Origin: a virus
Lineage: Duplodnaviria; Caudoviricetes
Length of the DNA: 57,536 bases
Strand: one strand, 5' to 3'
IMG/VR virus record: IMGVR_UViG_3300036406_001093
Coordinates: 1-57,536 of that record
This document shows positions 36,586 to 47,103 of this stretch, in pieces. Made by a program: the position numbers and the translations under genes. The notes under the pieces were generated by a model that saw only the letters and a program-made list of their open reading frames with translations, searched no databases and was not told where the DNA came from. How positions within the stretch are numbered: position 1 is the stretch's first letter; each line of letters opens with the position of its first letter.

Positions 36586-39500
36586 TCAGCCGGCCGCCTG
36601 CCTCGGCTGCCGCTTGGTGCGGGTGGACTTGAATCGCTTGGCCCTGCCCTCGGGCGTGGACGGCGACTTGGCTGCCTTGCTCTCGTCGCGCATCTGCTTC
36701 TCGATCACCTTCTTGCGGGCGACCAGTGCTTGGAACTCCGGCGGCAGGGTGGCGACCACCTCGTCCGGCAGCGTTGTGCGCGAGAAGGATCGTGCCCCCG
36801 GGGTGCGACCAATGATCTGGTCGATGGCGGCCAGTTCGTCGCGGCGCTTCTGGTCCTCGTCCACGAAGTATCGCCGCACTGGCGAGACCGTGTTGAACAG
36901 AGCGTTGACGGCCGATTCGCTGCGGCTCTCGACGCGAGGGTCGAGCGCGGTGCCGACGAACCCGGTAACTCGGGAGGCCCCGGGGATCGCGAGATCGAGT
37001 GCGTGTCGCGCAAGGGGCGAGATCCTCGCGTGCTTGTCGCCCGTCACGCCCATCGCGACCTTGTCCCATTGAGATGGCACGCGGCCGATGGGCTGCTTCG
37101 TGTGCATGTCCACGCCGAACGCCGCCTCCGCAACGGTTCGCAGGATCGGCGACATTTGCGATGCGGCGCTCTGGACGGTCGCCATCCCCGATGCGCTCAA
37201 CATATCGGACACGCCCGCTGCACCCTCCATTGCCGACGGACGGTAAGCGACCATGTTGAGGGCACTCGTGCCCGGGATGTCGATGCCTCCGAGGACAGCC
37301 TGCATGCCCGATGGCGCCAGCCCGATGTTGAAGTAGTCCGGCACGCCCATGTCCGAGAGCGCCTTGGGGTCGATTCCGAATCCGCCTCGATCCCGGTAGG
37401 ACTGCGGCAGGTAGGAGTCTTGGTCGTCGCCTTGCAGCCGGTCGAAGGCGCGGAGCGTTTGGCTGTATGGTCCGCCCGGGTTGAGCAGCGCCTCCTTCGC
37501 GGCGTACTGACCAGAGCGAACGGTGTACGAGAGGAACGGGATCGCGAGGTCGCGCACCCGCTTCTCGATATCGGTCAGGCTCTCGTAGTCGACATGGATT
37601 TCCTTGAGGCGGCGAGCCGCCTCCTTCGGCGACACCCCTTGGGCGAGCAGGGCGTTGTACCCCGACAGCCTCGTGTGTGCGTCGGACCACTCGGCCGCGT
37701 CCTCGAACTTCTTGAAGATCGGGTTGTTCGTCGTTCGCCGCACGATTGCATCGGGCGCCGTAGACGTAATCCCGAGCGGGTCGCTCGCCCAACTCGCCGC
37801 GTACTGCCCCCACGTCCTCGGCCGATTGCCGATAGACACGCCCTTGATCCCGTAGAAGTCGAGCGAGTTCTTGTCGGTGGCGATGTCGGTGACAGTCTTC
37901 GCGTTGGGGATCGGCACGTTGAGCGGCGTGGACCCGGGCAAGACTTCGAGCAGCGCCTTGCCGGACCTGTCGCCGATCTCCCGCTCGACGCTGCCCATGC
38001 CCTTGAGCACGCCGGCCTCGGCGAGGTCGGACAGGTATTGGCTCAACATCTTCTCGTCGTTGCCGACCGTGGAGTAGGCCGGCAGCGATCGGATGTAGTC
38101 CAGCGCGGCAGAGTGGTTGCCGTTCAGCAACGTCTGCGAGTGGTACATGCTAGTGGACAGCGCGATCGGATCGCCAACCGTGACGACGTTGCCGATGGCG
38201 CCACTGAGCCAGTCGCGCGTGACCCGAGAGGGCCATGCGAGGACCTGCGACTTGAACGCGCGAGTCATCTGCGACAGGAACTCGCCGATCATGCCCTTCT
38301 CTTTGGGGCTGGCGAGCAGGTTCTGCGTCCTCGTCAGGTTGTCGAGGAACGACTCCGGCACGAAGTACTGCCGAAGGTCAACGTCGTCCGGGCTGACGGC
38401 ATTGCCTTTCTGCGCCAGTTTGGCTGCGATGGCTTCACGCGCACGAGCGGCGGCGCCACCCGGGAGTTGGCTGCCCGCAGTGCGCTGCGACTTCAGGCCG
38501 ACGCGCCCGAGCGCCTCGTGCAGCGGGACCACCTTGCCCCCAAGCACGTCGCCCGCATTGCCCGCGATGGCCCGACTGACCACGGCATCACCGAGGGCCT
38601 CGCCAGTGGCGACTGCCTTCATGCGCCCCGTGGTGTATCGCGCCACCGCCTCGGCCGGGTGGTTGCCGAACACCACCGGGTCGGCCGGGTCGAGTTGATT
38701 CAGGAATCGGGCGAGCGCCTTAGTTTGGCCGCGTGTCACTCGCGGCGTGACGAGGCTCGGGTCAAGGACGCCGACGGTGTTGCGCTGCGCTTTGGTGAGC
38801 CCGGCCGCCTTTGCGGCGGCGACCCGGCCCGGGTACTGCGCGGCCTCGCTTCCGGGCACCGTCCGGTAGTACTCGCCGTTGGGATCGTGGATGTCCGACA
38901 TGAGCCAGTTGGCTACGTCGTTGTCGGACATAGTCGGCTTGCCGGTCTTGGGGTCGAGCCGGCCGCCGAGGAACTCCTTCTTCTTGGCGTAGTGCCGCAG
39001 TTGGTCGATGCCGCCCGGGAGTTGCAGGAACTTCTTTCGCGCGATCTGGTCGCCAGTGACGAGATCGTAGTACGCGCCCCTGCCGCCGCCCTTGCCGAGG
39101 ATCGTGCGATCGAGGGCGGTGGTCATCATGTACGGACGGTAGGCCGCGCCGAACTTGTGCCGCAGTTGGTGGGCGTTGATGCCCGCGTCCTTGCTCTGAG
39201 AAAGCAGTTCCGCACGGAGCGTCGGCCAGACGCTCGCGAACTCCTTGATCTTCGGCGTGTTCTCCACGAAGTCGATGTCACGGGCAGTGGCAGCCACGCC
39301 TTCGACGTATCGGTCGATCGCCTCGATGGCGTCGGCCCCGTTGGCGTCCCTGATGCCGGTGCGCCGAGCCACGTCGTCGGGCACCTCGGCGAACTGAATC
39401 AGTTGCGCAATGTCACCGGACTTGCGCGCCCCGAGAGAGGCGCCCTTACCGCCGGCCGAGTTGATCTCAATGGCCGTGGCCTGCGCGATCGGGTCGATGA

Positions 39501-40341
39501 CGCCGCCGGCTAGTTTGTTGCTGACGCTGTGGGCGATCCGGCCGACCGGAGACCATCGCACGTTCTCGCCGATTGCATCGAAGAAGCGAGCCGAAGCATC
39601 GCCCACATTCGCGCCAAACGGATCACCGACTGTATCCGCGAATCCCCACGAGCCAGATAGCGGGGTGTCGGCAATGTCGTCATAGTTCCACCTCTTCTGC
39701 CGGAGAAACCCGTCGAGGTGCTGCTGGATTCTCGCAGCCTGATCAGGGTCCTTCACCTGATCGACGAGTTGCCGAAGCGTGGTCTGACGCTGCGCCGCCC
39801 GCTGGCCGACGAGCGGTCGCGCCGTGTGCTCGACGAAGTCGTCGATCGAGTCTCGCCCGAGTGCCTTGAGCGTGCGCTGCGCCCGGCCGGGCAGGGTCGG
39901 CACCAGCCCCCTGACGGCTCGCTGCTGGAGTTGCCGGCTCGCGACCGACGCCGCGTCATCGAGCAGGCCGATAGCACGGGCGGCCTTGCCGCCTGCGGTG
40001 AGTGCCTTGAGCGGCCCGGAGACGAACGTCAGCGGATCGGTGGCAACGCCGAGCGCCGTGCCCAGTACGAACTTGCCGGCAGGGTTGGTCACCCCGGTGG
40101 CTCGCTCGGCGATGTCGTCGGCACTGACTCGCTGCCTCGCGTCGAGCGGGTTGTTCCATTGACCGTCCATCCCGTAGTCGATGACGGACCGGACGGCAGC
40201 GGCGGGCGTGTCGATGTACCAGAGTGCGTTACTGATGCCCCGCGGGGTGCGGCCAGCGACACCAGTCTGCGCCGGGTTGGCCGCGGCGCTCGCGTTGCGG
40301 GCGGCGATGATCTCTTCCGCCGTGTCGAACGCCAGACCCAT
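36586..40341 (-). CDS. Large internal virion / DNA ejection protein
   Basis: 1251 aa at the end of the tail module; DP.T and DY..LT..EK....IPF.SY motifs typical of large polyvalent virion proteins. Confidence 0.65.
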   Translation of the reverse strand: MGLAFDTAEEIIAARNASAAANPAQTGVAGRTPRGISNALWYIDTPAAAVRSVIDYGMDGQWNNPLDARQRVSADDIAERATGVTNPAGKFVLGTALGVATDPLTFVSGPLKALTAGGKAARAIGLLDDAASVASRQLQQRAVRGLVPTLPGRAQRTLKALGRDSIDDFVEHTARPLVGQRAAQRQTTLRQLVDQVKDPDQAARIQQHLDGFLRQKRWNYDDIADTPLSGSWGFADTVGDPFGANVGDASARFFDAIGENVRWSPVGRIAHSVSNKLAGGVIDPIAQATAIEINSAGGKGASLGARKSGDIAQLIQFAEVPDDVARRTGIRDANGADAIEAIDRYVEGVAATARDIDFVENTPKIKEFASVWPTLRAELLSQSKDAGINAHQLRHKFGAAYRPYMMTTALDRTILGKGGGRGAYYDLVTGDQIARKKFLQLPGGIDQLRHYAKKKEFLGGRLDPKTGKPTMSDNDVANWLMSDIHDPNGEYYRTVPGSEAAQYPGRVAAAKAAGLTKAQRNTVGVLDPSLVTPRVTRGQTKALARFLNQLDPADPVVFGNHPAEAVARYTTGRMKAVATGEALGDAVVSRAIAGNAGDVLGGKVVPLHEALGRVGLKSQRTAGSQLPGGAAARAREAIAAKLAQKGNAVSPDDVDLRQYFVPESFLDNLTRTQNLLASPKEKGMIGEFLSQMTRAFKSQVLAWPSRVTRDWLSGAIGNVVTVGDPIALSTSMYHSQTLLNGNHSAALDYIRSLPAYSTVGNDEKMLSQYLSDLAEAGVLKGMGSVEREIGDRSGKALLEVLPGSTPLNVPIPNAKTVTDIATDKNSLDFYGIKGVSIGNRPRTWGQYAASWASDPLGITSTAPDAIVRRTTNNPIFKKFEDAAEWSDAHTRLSGYNALLAQGVSPKEAARRLKEIHVDYESLTDIEKRVRDLAIPFLSYTVRSGQYAAKEALLNPGGPYSQTLRAFDRLQGDDQDSYLPQSYRDRGGFGIDPKALSDMGVPDYFNIGLAPSGMQAVLGGIDIPGTSALNMVAYRPSAMEGAAGVSDMLSASGMATVQSAASQMSPILRTVAEAAFGVDMHTKQPIGRVPSQWDKVAMGVTGDKHARISPLARHALDLAIPGASRVTGFVGTALDPRVESRSESAVNALFNTVSPVRRYFVDEDQKRRDELAAIDQIIGRTPGARSFSRTTLPDEVVATLPPEFQALVARKKVIEKQMRDESKAAKSPSTPEGRAKRFKSTRTKRQPRQAAG

Positions 40342-40344
40342 TGG

Positions 40345-43302
40345 TCACTCCACCGCCGCAGAGTCGTCGGTTCCCACCTCGGTTGCCGGCGAAGAGGCGC
40401 CCCGGAAGCGGTCGTACCACTTGGCCGCCACCTGTTCCTTGACGCGGCGGGTGCTCGCTAGAGCCACGAACTCGTTCTTGCTGAGAGGAGGCGGAGGCGT
40501 GGCATTGGCGGCCTTGGCGCTCTCGACCTCCGCCTGCCTGCCGATGACGATCCTCCAGAAGTAGTACGCCTCTGCCGAGCCCGGTGCGATGGTGCCGCCC
40601 GCAAGCCTCTGCCACGCCCGGTCTCCGAGAACCGAGATCACGCGGTCCCGCGAAACCCCCGTCGGGTCCTTGGGGTCTGCCATGCCCTGCGACTCAAGCG
40701 CGTGCTGGCCGGCGGCAATCATGGTGTCGAACGAAGAGCCCGGCGGCAGCGAGTCGACGGCGTCGTAGACAGAGACAGTGAGCGAGTCCGGCTCCTTCTC
40801 CTCTTCACGCACCCGGCCACCGGCACGGGCGGCCTCGGCTGCGGCCTGATGTCGTGCGGCCTCCGTCGCGGCGTGCGCGTTCAGTTCCGTCTGCGCCATG
40901 TCATGCTCGCCGGCAAGCGTGTAGGCGTGGGCACGCTGCGCCGGCGTTGATTCCGGGTTCCGCAAGATGGCCTGCGCCTCCTTGCGGTGCATGGCGGCCC
41001 GGGATTCGGGGGCCATCCGCGACTCCCGGTGGCGGTTCGCGGCCTCGGTGGTGCGGAGGTGGTGCTGGTGGGCCGTCGCTACGGTCCGCTCTCCGGCGCT
41101 CTCCGCGGCGTCGGACACGACGTCGAAGTCGACTCCTTGGCTCTCGGCGAACTCTTGCAGCGATACCCCGGCGTCGATGTGTGCGCCGACGTGGCGACGG
41201 TATTGCATGACGGCCGACTTGTACTTGCGGTCCATCATCGCAACGACGCTGGGCGGCGGAGGCGTGATGACGATGTCCTCGTCCTTCACGCCGTTCGCCC
41301 TCTGGTCCGCGTATTGTTCGTCAGCCTGCTTCTGCCACTCGTTGTAGACCCGGGTGGTGAACTTATCGACCCGAGCCTGTTGTGCGTTTCGTTCACGCGC
41401 CTCGGTGATGTGGGCCGGCTCCTGCTGCCGTGCCGGCTGTGCGGCGGGAGCAGCCACGCCAGCCGCCTGCTCGGCTGCCTGCTTTGCCTTGGGCGGCACG
41501 TCCGCAACAGGGCCGGGCTCCGCGCTCACGCCGAGCATGGCCTTGTTGTGCTTGTCGACCTCGAACTTCAGCGCCGCGTCACGCTCCACGCCACGACGCG
41601 CAGCGAGCCGCGCTCCGCCCTTGCCGTCCGGACCGCTGTGCTCGGGGTACGAGGTCTCCGGCGCGAATCGGTTGTCGTACGCACCGATGCCGTGCTTCTT
41701 GTCGTAGTCTTCCTTCTCGTCCTCGAACGCGACACGCTCGTTGTGCTCGCCTACCCGGCCGCGGAACTGCCGCAGAGAGTTCCTGTCGAGCGAGTCGTAG
41801 TCGATGGAGACGCGCTGCCCCGTGGAGGTGCGGACCTTCACCGAGTTGGTCTTGGGATCGTAGGACTCGATCTCCCCGTCGAACACGTACTTGCCGCCCT
41901 TGGTGGCGATGCGGCTCATCCCCGGCGCGGGCGGCTTGCGCGGGTCAGCGTTGGGCGCTGGGCCTCGGGGAGCCGCCGGCGGGATTGCGCCCGGGCGACC
42001 ATCCCCGGCCGCGGGCGGAGGAGGAAGGCCCGGCCCGACCGGCCGCCGCGGTGCTGGTGCCTTCCCCTTCACGCCGATCGTCGGATTCGGCACCATGGCG
42101 AGGGGCGTCTCCGTCCCGGCCTCTGGAGCGGGGATGACGCGGTTCGCGGGCTCCGCGCCTTCGATCCCGCCAGCGAATCGGCCGCCGCCCGGAACCGCCC
42201 ACCGGGCCGCCGGGGTGTTTTGCAGTGCTTCCACCGCAAGCGGATGTGCCTTCGAGTTGGGGTCGTTCGCGACGATGATCCGCAGTTGCTCGCCAGACCA
42301 AGCCAAAGGGTCGGGCATCCCGGCCGCGTCGGCTGCATCGACAAGTTTGGTGTAGAGCCAATCCTTGCCGATCACATGCATGTCTTGTCTGGTCCGCTCG
42401 CGCGGATCGACGGGACGCGCAGCCTGCCGAGCGGGCGCTTGGGGGGCTGGCGCGTTGGGCGCTGGCTTCGGCGGAGCGGGCTGGCCGGCTACGGGCTGTG
42501 CAGCGGGCCGTGCGGCTGGCCGTGCGGCTGGCCGTGCGGCGGGCCGCGCGGCTGGCGCCTCGTCGCCCGGGCGTGGCGTGTCGTACGTGAGCACACCCGT
42601 CTGCCCCGAGAACGGATTGGGGTTGTCCTCGACCTGACCGCGGGGGGCGGTGGCAAGGACGTGCTGCTGCTGGTCGGGCGGCAGGCGGTTCAGTGGGGCG
42701 GTCACTCCCCGCCGAGCCTTCGGGTCCCAGATACGCACTCGGCCGGACTGCGGATCGTAGGCCGATGCTTGTCCGTTGCCCTGCCACGACCAGTCGCCAA
42801 CCGTGACGGTGTACGGGCGAGGCCCAGCGGCAGCGGGCTGTCGCACCTCCGCCGCAAGTCCACGAACGGTGTCCTCCTGCGTGGCCGGCTTCGCTGCCGG
42901 GCGCGGGGCCTGCGGGATGTTCTGTGGAAACAGCGCGTCCGGCGGGTGCAGGTCGAACTTCGGCTTGGCGTTGTAGCCCGGCTTCTTCGTCGGGTCGCCG
43001 CCCGTCGTGGGGTAGAGATTCCTGCCGGCCGGGTAGTCGATCGAGTCTTCGAGGCTTACGGGGGCAGTCACGAGCGGCAGCCCGGGGTGCATCTGCCCCA
43101 TGCCAGCCTGCATGCCAAGGGTCAACTCACGCATGCGGTCGCTGTCGCCCGCGTTCTTGGGGCTCCACTCCTCCAGACGCACCTGCGGCTTCGGGGCCGA
43201 GAGGTCCTCGGCCGTGCCGTCCTCGTTGTAGGACATGACGCGGGGCCGCCCCTCACGCTCGGACTTCATCCTGCGAATGCGGTCTTCTGCCGTCTCTGCC
43301 AT
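40345..43302 (-). CDS. Internal virion protein, P/A-rich, with two SHD1-like domains
   Basis: 985 aa; ...GRVRI...VTAPLNRLPPDQQQHV and GKYVFDGEI...VKVRTSTGQRVSIDYDSLD. Confidence 0.6.
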   Translation of the reverse strand: MAETAEDRIRRMKSEREGRPRVMSYNEDGTAEDLSAPKPQVRLEEWSPKNAGDSDRMRELTLGMQAGMGQMHPGLPLVTAPVSLEDSIDYPAGRNLYPTTGGDPTKKPGYNAKPKFDLHPPDALFPQNIPQAPRPAAKPATQEDTVRGLAAEVRQPAAAGPRPYTVTVGDWSWQGNGQASAYDPQSGRVRIWDPKARRGVTAPLNRLPPDQQQHVLATAPRGQVEDNPNPFSGQTGVLTYDTPRPGDEAPAARPAARPAARPAARPAAQPVAGQPAPPKPAPNAPAPQAPARQAARPVDPRERTRQDMHVIGKDWLYTKLVDAADAAGMPDPLAWSGEQLRIIVANDPNSKAHPLAVEALQNTPAARWAVPGGGRFAGGIEGAEPANRVIPAPEAGTETPLAMVPNPTIGVKGKAPAPRRPVGPGLPPPPAAGDGRPGAIPPAAPRGPAPNADPRKPPAPGMSRIATKGGKYVFDGEIESYDPKTNSVKVRTSTGQRVSIDYDSLDRNSLRQFRGRVGEHNERVAFEDEKEDYDKKHGIGAYDNRFAPETSYPEHSGPDGKGGARLAARRGVERDAALKFEVDKHNKAMLGVSAEPGPVADVPPKAKQAAEQAAGVAAPAAQPARQQEPAHITEARERNAQQARVDKFTTRVYNEWQKQADEQYADQRANGVKDEDIVITPPPPSVVAMMDRKYKSAVMQYRRHVGAHIDAGVSLQEFAESQGVDFDVVSDAAESAGERTVATAHQHHLRTTEAANRHRESRMAPESRAAMHRKEAQAILRNPESTPAQRAHAYTLAGEHDMAQTELNAHAATEAARHQAAAEAARAGGRVREEEKEPDSLTVSVYDAVDSLPPGSSFDTMIAAGQHALESQGMADPKDPTGVSRDRVISVLGDRAWQRLAGGTIAPGSAEAYYFWRIVIGRQAEVESAKAANATPPPPLSKNEFVALASTRRVKEQVAAKWYDRFRGASSPATEVGTDDSAAVE
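42494..42556 (-). repeat. 12-bp tandem repeat encoding PAAR x4-5
   Basis: GGCCGTGCGGCT-like units. Confidence 0.8.
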
Positions 43303-43309
43303 TGGTCAC

Positions 43310-46300
43310 CTAGTCCGCGTAGACGTGCCCGGATATGCCGATCTTGGAGTTCTTCGCCCGCGTCAGCGCTTCGCGGGACCTCCGGAGCCTCTCCTCTCTC
43401 CTTATGGAGCGGCGGGCACCGATCGCACCCTCCGTCGGGGAGGGTTCCGGCGGGAGTTCCGCTGGCGGAGCAGCCGGGGCGTCCTCCTCCCACGAGGGCA
43501 TGACGTCGCCGAGGGTGTCCGGGGCAGGCTGCATGGCCCCGTTGATGATCAGGCCGCCAATACCGAGTGCCCCCACGCCGCCCGCCGTGCGGTATGGGTG
43601 CCGGTATGCCGCCCCGGCTCCGCTCCTGATGGTGCGGAGCGCTCGCTCGGTCACCGACTCCGGAGCCCTCCACGGAATGAACGCGGGCTGGAACGGAGAC
43701 CGGGGAGTGTACGGAGAATGCTCGCCGACCCGAGCATTCAGTACGGGGTCGAACTTCGAGTGCTTGCCGATATTGGCCGCAAACGGGTCGAACGGAGACG
43801 ACGAGCCGATCAGCGGGTTGTCGTACGGAGAGGCCGCCCCGGTGTTCGGGTCGTACGGCGTAGCCAATCCGCTATTCGGGTCGTACGGAGTTGCCGCCCC
43901 GGTGTTCGGGTCGTACGGAGTTGCCGCGCCGGTGTTGGGATCGTACGGCGTGGCCCTGCCGACGTGAGGGACCAAACGGTCGAACGGAGACGACGCCCCC
44001 TCGGGCATGTCGAAATCAATGTCGGCACCGTCCATTCCGAGAGTGGCGTTCATCCGCCGGGCGCTCTCGATCAACTCTGCCTGCGCAGCCTCGTCGCGGT
44101 ACACGGGCGTGTGGTAGTCGTCGTATCCGATCTCGTTGAGGAAATCTTGGAACGACTTGTCCGCTCGGGCGGCCGTCGGGGCAGCGGGCATCGCTGCGCC
44201 GCCACGGGCGCGGAACGCCCAGCCGCCGTCCTCGCCCGGGCCGAGCACCACGTTGTCGGGCACGGAGGGCGGCGGTGATGCCGGAGGCGGAGCGGCCGGC
44301 CGCACCGGCGCAGCCTGACGGCCACGTCCAGCACGCACCCCAGCCTGCCCCTGACCGGCGTCCGGCTTCCTTGGAGACGGGGGAGCAGCCGGCGGTGTGC
44401 CCGCGGCCGGCGGCGGCTCGGAGACCGCGGCGGTCGTGGCAGCCTTGCGCGGCTTGCGCGACCCCTTGGTGTCTCGCACAGCGGCGTTGAGCGCGGCCTG
44501 ATCGGGAACGTCGGCGAAGGCGCCGGGGTCGTAGCCGTTCGGGTCGATGCCCATGAGGTCCGCATCACTCGGACCATCGTTGTCGAGGCCGCGAAGTTCT
44601 GCGTCGAGGTCAGCCATCCCCGCGTCACGGTCAGTGCCACGGAGCGCCCGCTCTTCAGGCGACCAGCCGCCACGCACTGCCTCGCGCCGAGACTGAACGG
44701 TCGTGCCGTCGTCCCGCTTGGCGGCTGCACGCAACTCGGACTTCGGCACATTGACAGCCGGGGTCTGGCTGCGCTGCCGGCCGGAGTCTGGCACCGGCGG
44801 CAGGCCCTCGTCGCCGGCGGGCGCAGTCGTGGCGGTTGCCGGCGGCTTAGTTCCGCCACCTCCAGCCGCCGCGGCCTTGGGCTTGCGGCCCGGGAGCGGA
44901 AATAGATCGCGGAACTGTCGGGTCGCCGCCGCGTTCACCTGAACAGGAAGAGCATCCTCGCTGCCGGTGAACGGATCGTCGATCTCCGAGGCGAGGTCCT
45001 CTGGGTCCGTCGGACGCGGCGGCTCGACCTGCGGCTTCGCGGGTGCGTCGGCAGGGCCGTCGGGGCGCTTGGTGATCTCGTTGAGTTTCGCCTCGTATTC
45101 GGCGAGGCTCGCCTCGTTGATGGTCCCGGGCTGCCGTGGCCCAACGGGCTCCGCGAACCGCGTCTCCGTCTCGGGGGCATCACGCATCCCGAACTCGACC
45201 GGCTGCTGCTCGCGAACCTTGGACGAGTCGCGGGCCTTCAGCCTGCGGTCGGCGAGACGTCGGGCGCGATCACGCAGGAAGTCTCGGACGTTCGGCTCCG
45301 GTGCCGGAGGGAGAGCGGAGGACGTCGGCGGCCGGATGTTTCCGGACACGACGTCAGCCTGACTGGCGGCATCGTCGCCGCGGCGAACGCCCGGGGGCAT
45401 GACGTTGGGGATTTCCCAGCCGTAGCCGCGAACGAGCGTGGAGGCCATGCCGTGCATGGCGTCACGCGCGGCCGACGAGGAGATGCGCTCCCCGGGCATG
45501 TCGTTTTCAACGATCGCGCGGGCGTGCTTGAACGCGATGTCGTATGCGTGCTCGGGGCTCTTGGCTCCCGCGATGCGCGACAGGCGAGCCTCGCCGTCCT
45601 CGGGGAAGTTCTTCAGGACTTCCTTCTGCGCGGTCCCGAACCTGCTCTCGGTGCTCTGCGTGTGGCTGACCCCGAGTCGCCCGTACGACGACCCGTGGTC
45701 CATCTTGGCTTCCTCGATCTCGTCCGAGGAGAGCCTCTTGGCCGAGTCGGCGGCGTTGGGGTAGAAGCCGGCAGCGTTTGCCGCGTCTCGGCGCCGACGC
45801 TCGCGAGAGGACTCCGAGACGCGATTCTCATTCACGGTGTCGCCTGTCGCGCTCTTGCCGCGACCGCTCGTGCGAGTGCCGGGGGCCCGGTACTCGGGAG
45901 CCCGCGGCTTGGCGTCGAGTTTGTTCGGGCCTTTGCCAACCCGAACCCGAATGGACTTTCTCTTCGGCGGCTCCAGTTCCACTTCCGGCTCACGGAGCAC
46001 GATCTCTTTGTCCGGCAGCCCGACCTCGGTGGTCCGCTGGGCGACCGGCAGTGCCTGCGATCCGTCTCCGCCGCCAGCGATCACCTCGCTGCCTCGGGGC
46101 TCGCGGCCAGTGCCACGCCATCCGCTGCGGTCGAGCGGGGGGTTGAGATCGAGCGGCCCGGCGGCGGCGGGCCCGGGGCTGCGGCGCTCGCGGCGATTGA
46201 TGTCGGCGGTCGTGAGCGGCTTCTCTGCGTCACGCCGTGCGTCGGTCACGTCTTCGAGGGCGCGGCCCGTGTTGCGCACGTCTCGCTTCTCGTTGTCGGC

Positions 46301-46765
46301 GCCCTCGCGCTTCAACTTCTCGGCGATGGCCTTCTCGGAGCGCCCCGTGCTGTCGTAGTCCGAGTTGCCGCCAGTGCGCGAAGTCTTCTCCTCGGGGCCG
46401 CGGGACTTCGGCAGGTCCTTCGACGGATCGAAGTCCGGCCCGGCCTTGCCGAAGACTAAGTGGTCGAACTGCTCGCCCCAGAGTTTGTTCTGCTCGTAGA
46501 GCCGGCGGCGCACGATCTTCTTGTTCTTGTTCGACAGGCCAGCCAGCGCCCTCTGGCCCTCCTCGTGAGAGAGCATCTCCCGCAGTTCTTCGGCCGGGGT
46601 GTTATCCCAGTCGTCCGGTCGCACGACCTCCGACACGGGCTTCCGCGCACGGCCAGAACCCTTGGCCGGCTTGCTGCCGATCTCGTCTGCCTTGGCAGCA
46701 GCCGCGAGGTTGTCCTCGACGTACCGCTGGATGTTGGTCGCTGCGCCGCGAAGCCCGCCTGCCAT
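43310..46765 (-). CDS. Largely disordered virion protein with C-terminal TM and TPYDPN repeats
   Basis: 1151 aa low complexity; AGGVGALGIGGLIINGAM hydrophobic segment. Confidence 0.7.
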   Translation of the reverse strand: MAGGLRGAATNIQRYVEDNLAAAAKADEIGSKPAKGSGRARKPVSEVVRPDDWDNTPAEELREMLSHEEGQRALAGLSNKNKKIVRRRLYEQNKLWGEQFDHLVFGKAGPDFDPSKDLPKSRGPEEKTSRTGGNSDYDSTGRSEKAIAEKLKREGADNEKRDVRNTGRALEDVTDARRDAEKPLTTADINRRERRSPGPAAAGPLDLNPPLDRSGWRGTGREPRGSEVIAGGGDGSQALPVAQRTTEVGLPDKEIVLREPEVELEPPKRKSIRVRVGKGPNKLDAKPRAPEYRAPGTRTSGRGKSATGDTVNENRVSESSRERRRRDAANAAGFYPNAADSAKRLSSDEIEEAKMDHGSSYGRLGVSHTQSTESRFGTAQKEVLKNFPEDGEARLSRIAGAKSPEHAYDIAFKHARAIVENDMPGERISSSAARDAMHGMASTLVRGYGWEIPNVMPPGVRRGDDAASQADVVSGNIRPPTSSALPPAPEPNVRDFLRDRARRLADRRLKARDSSKVREQQPVEFGMRDAPETETRFAEPVGPRQPGTINEASLAEYEAKLNEITKRPDGPADAPAKPQVEPPRPTDPEDLASEIDDPFTGSEDALPVQVNAAATRQFRDLFPLPGRKPKAAAAGGGGTKPPATATTAPAGDEGLPPVPDSGRQRSQTPAVNVPKSELRAAAKRDDGTTVQSRREAVRGGWSPEERALRGTDRDAGMADLDAELRGLDNDGPSDADLMGIDPNGYDPGAFADVPDQAALNAAVRDTKGSRKPRKAATTAAVSEPPPAAGTPPAAPPSPRKPDAGQGQAGVRAGRGRQAAPVRPAAPPPASPPPSVPDNVVLGPGEDGGWAFRARGGAAMPAAPTAARADKSFQDFLNEIGYDDYHTPVYRDEAAQAELIESARRMNATLGMDGADIDFDMPEGASSPFDRLVPHVGRATPYDPNTGAATPYDPNTGAATPYDPNSGLATPYDPNTGAASPYDNPLIGSSSPFDPFAANIGKHSKFDPVLNARVGEHSPYTPRSPFQPAFIPWRAPESVTERALRTIRSGAGAAYRHPYRTAGGVGALGIGGLIINGAMQPAPDTLGDVMPSWEEDAPAAPPAELPPEPSPTEGAIGARRSIRREERLRRSREALTRAKNSKIGISGHVYAD
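43788..43990 (-). repeat. 30-bp tandem repeat (GAATPYDPNT), 5 core copies plus degenerate SPFD copies
   Basis: TCGTACGG at 43821, 43851, 43881, 43911, 43941; synonymous variation between units. Confidence 0.9.
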
Positions 46766-46768
46766 GTG

Positions 46769-47095
46769 TCAGTCCTTCTTCTTGAACGGGAACGGCTTCT
46801 TGCCCTTCTTGAATGGCGGGGCCTTGCCCTTCTTCTTGGGCTCGTCCTCGTCCTCTTCTTCCTCGTCGTCGGCAGCCCGCTTGAGGTCTTCGGGCAGGTC
46901 GTCGCTCTCGACCTTCGGAGCCTTCGATCCGCCCTTCTGCTCTTCGTGCAGATCGGCGAGGTCTTCCTTCTCCTTGTCGTCAGCGTCGGCGTCCTTCTCC
47001 TTGGCCTTCTCGCTCTTGCCCTCCTTGAGCAGGGCCTGACGGAGAAGGCGCTTGAGCACCGAAGGCTTCAGGTCATCGATGTCGATCGAGTCCAT
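46769..47095 (-). CDS. Highly charged hypothetical protein
   Basis: MDSIDIDDL...; D/E/K-rich. Confidence 0.7.
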   Translation of the reverse strand: MDSIDIDDLKPSVLKRLLRQALLKEGKSEKAKEKDADADDKEKEDLADLHEEQKGGSKAPKVESDDLPEDLKRAADDEEEEDEDEPKKKGKAPPFKKGKKPFPFKKKD

Positions 47096-47103
47096 GGCGT
47101 CCC

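Noticed and set aside
42494-42556. PAAR spike domain
   Set aside because: Only a low-complexity Pro-Ala-Ala-Arg linker repeat; no PAAR-domain Zn ligands or spacing
43788-43990. CRISPR or DGR from the 30-bp repeats
   Set aside because: In-frame coding tandem repeat without spacers; no reverse transcriptase seen in the window
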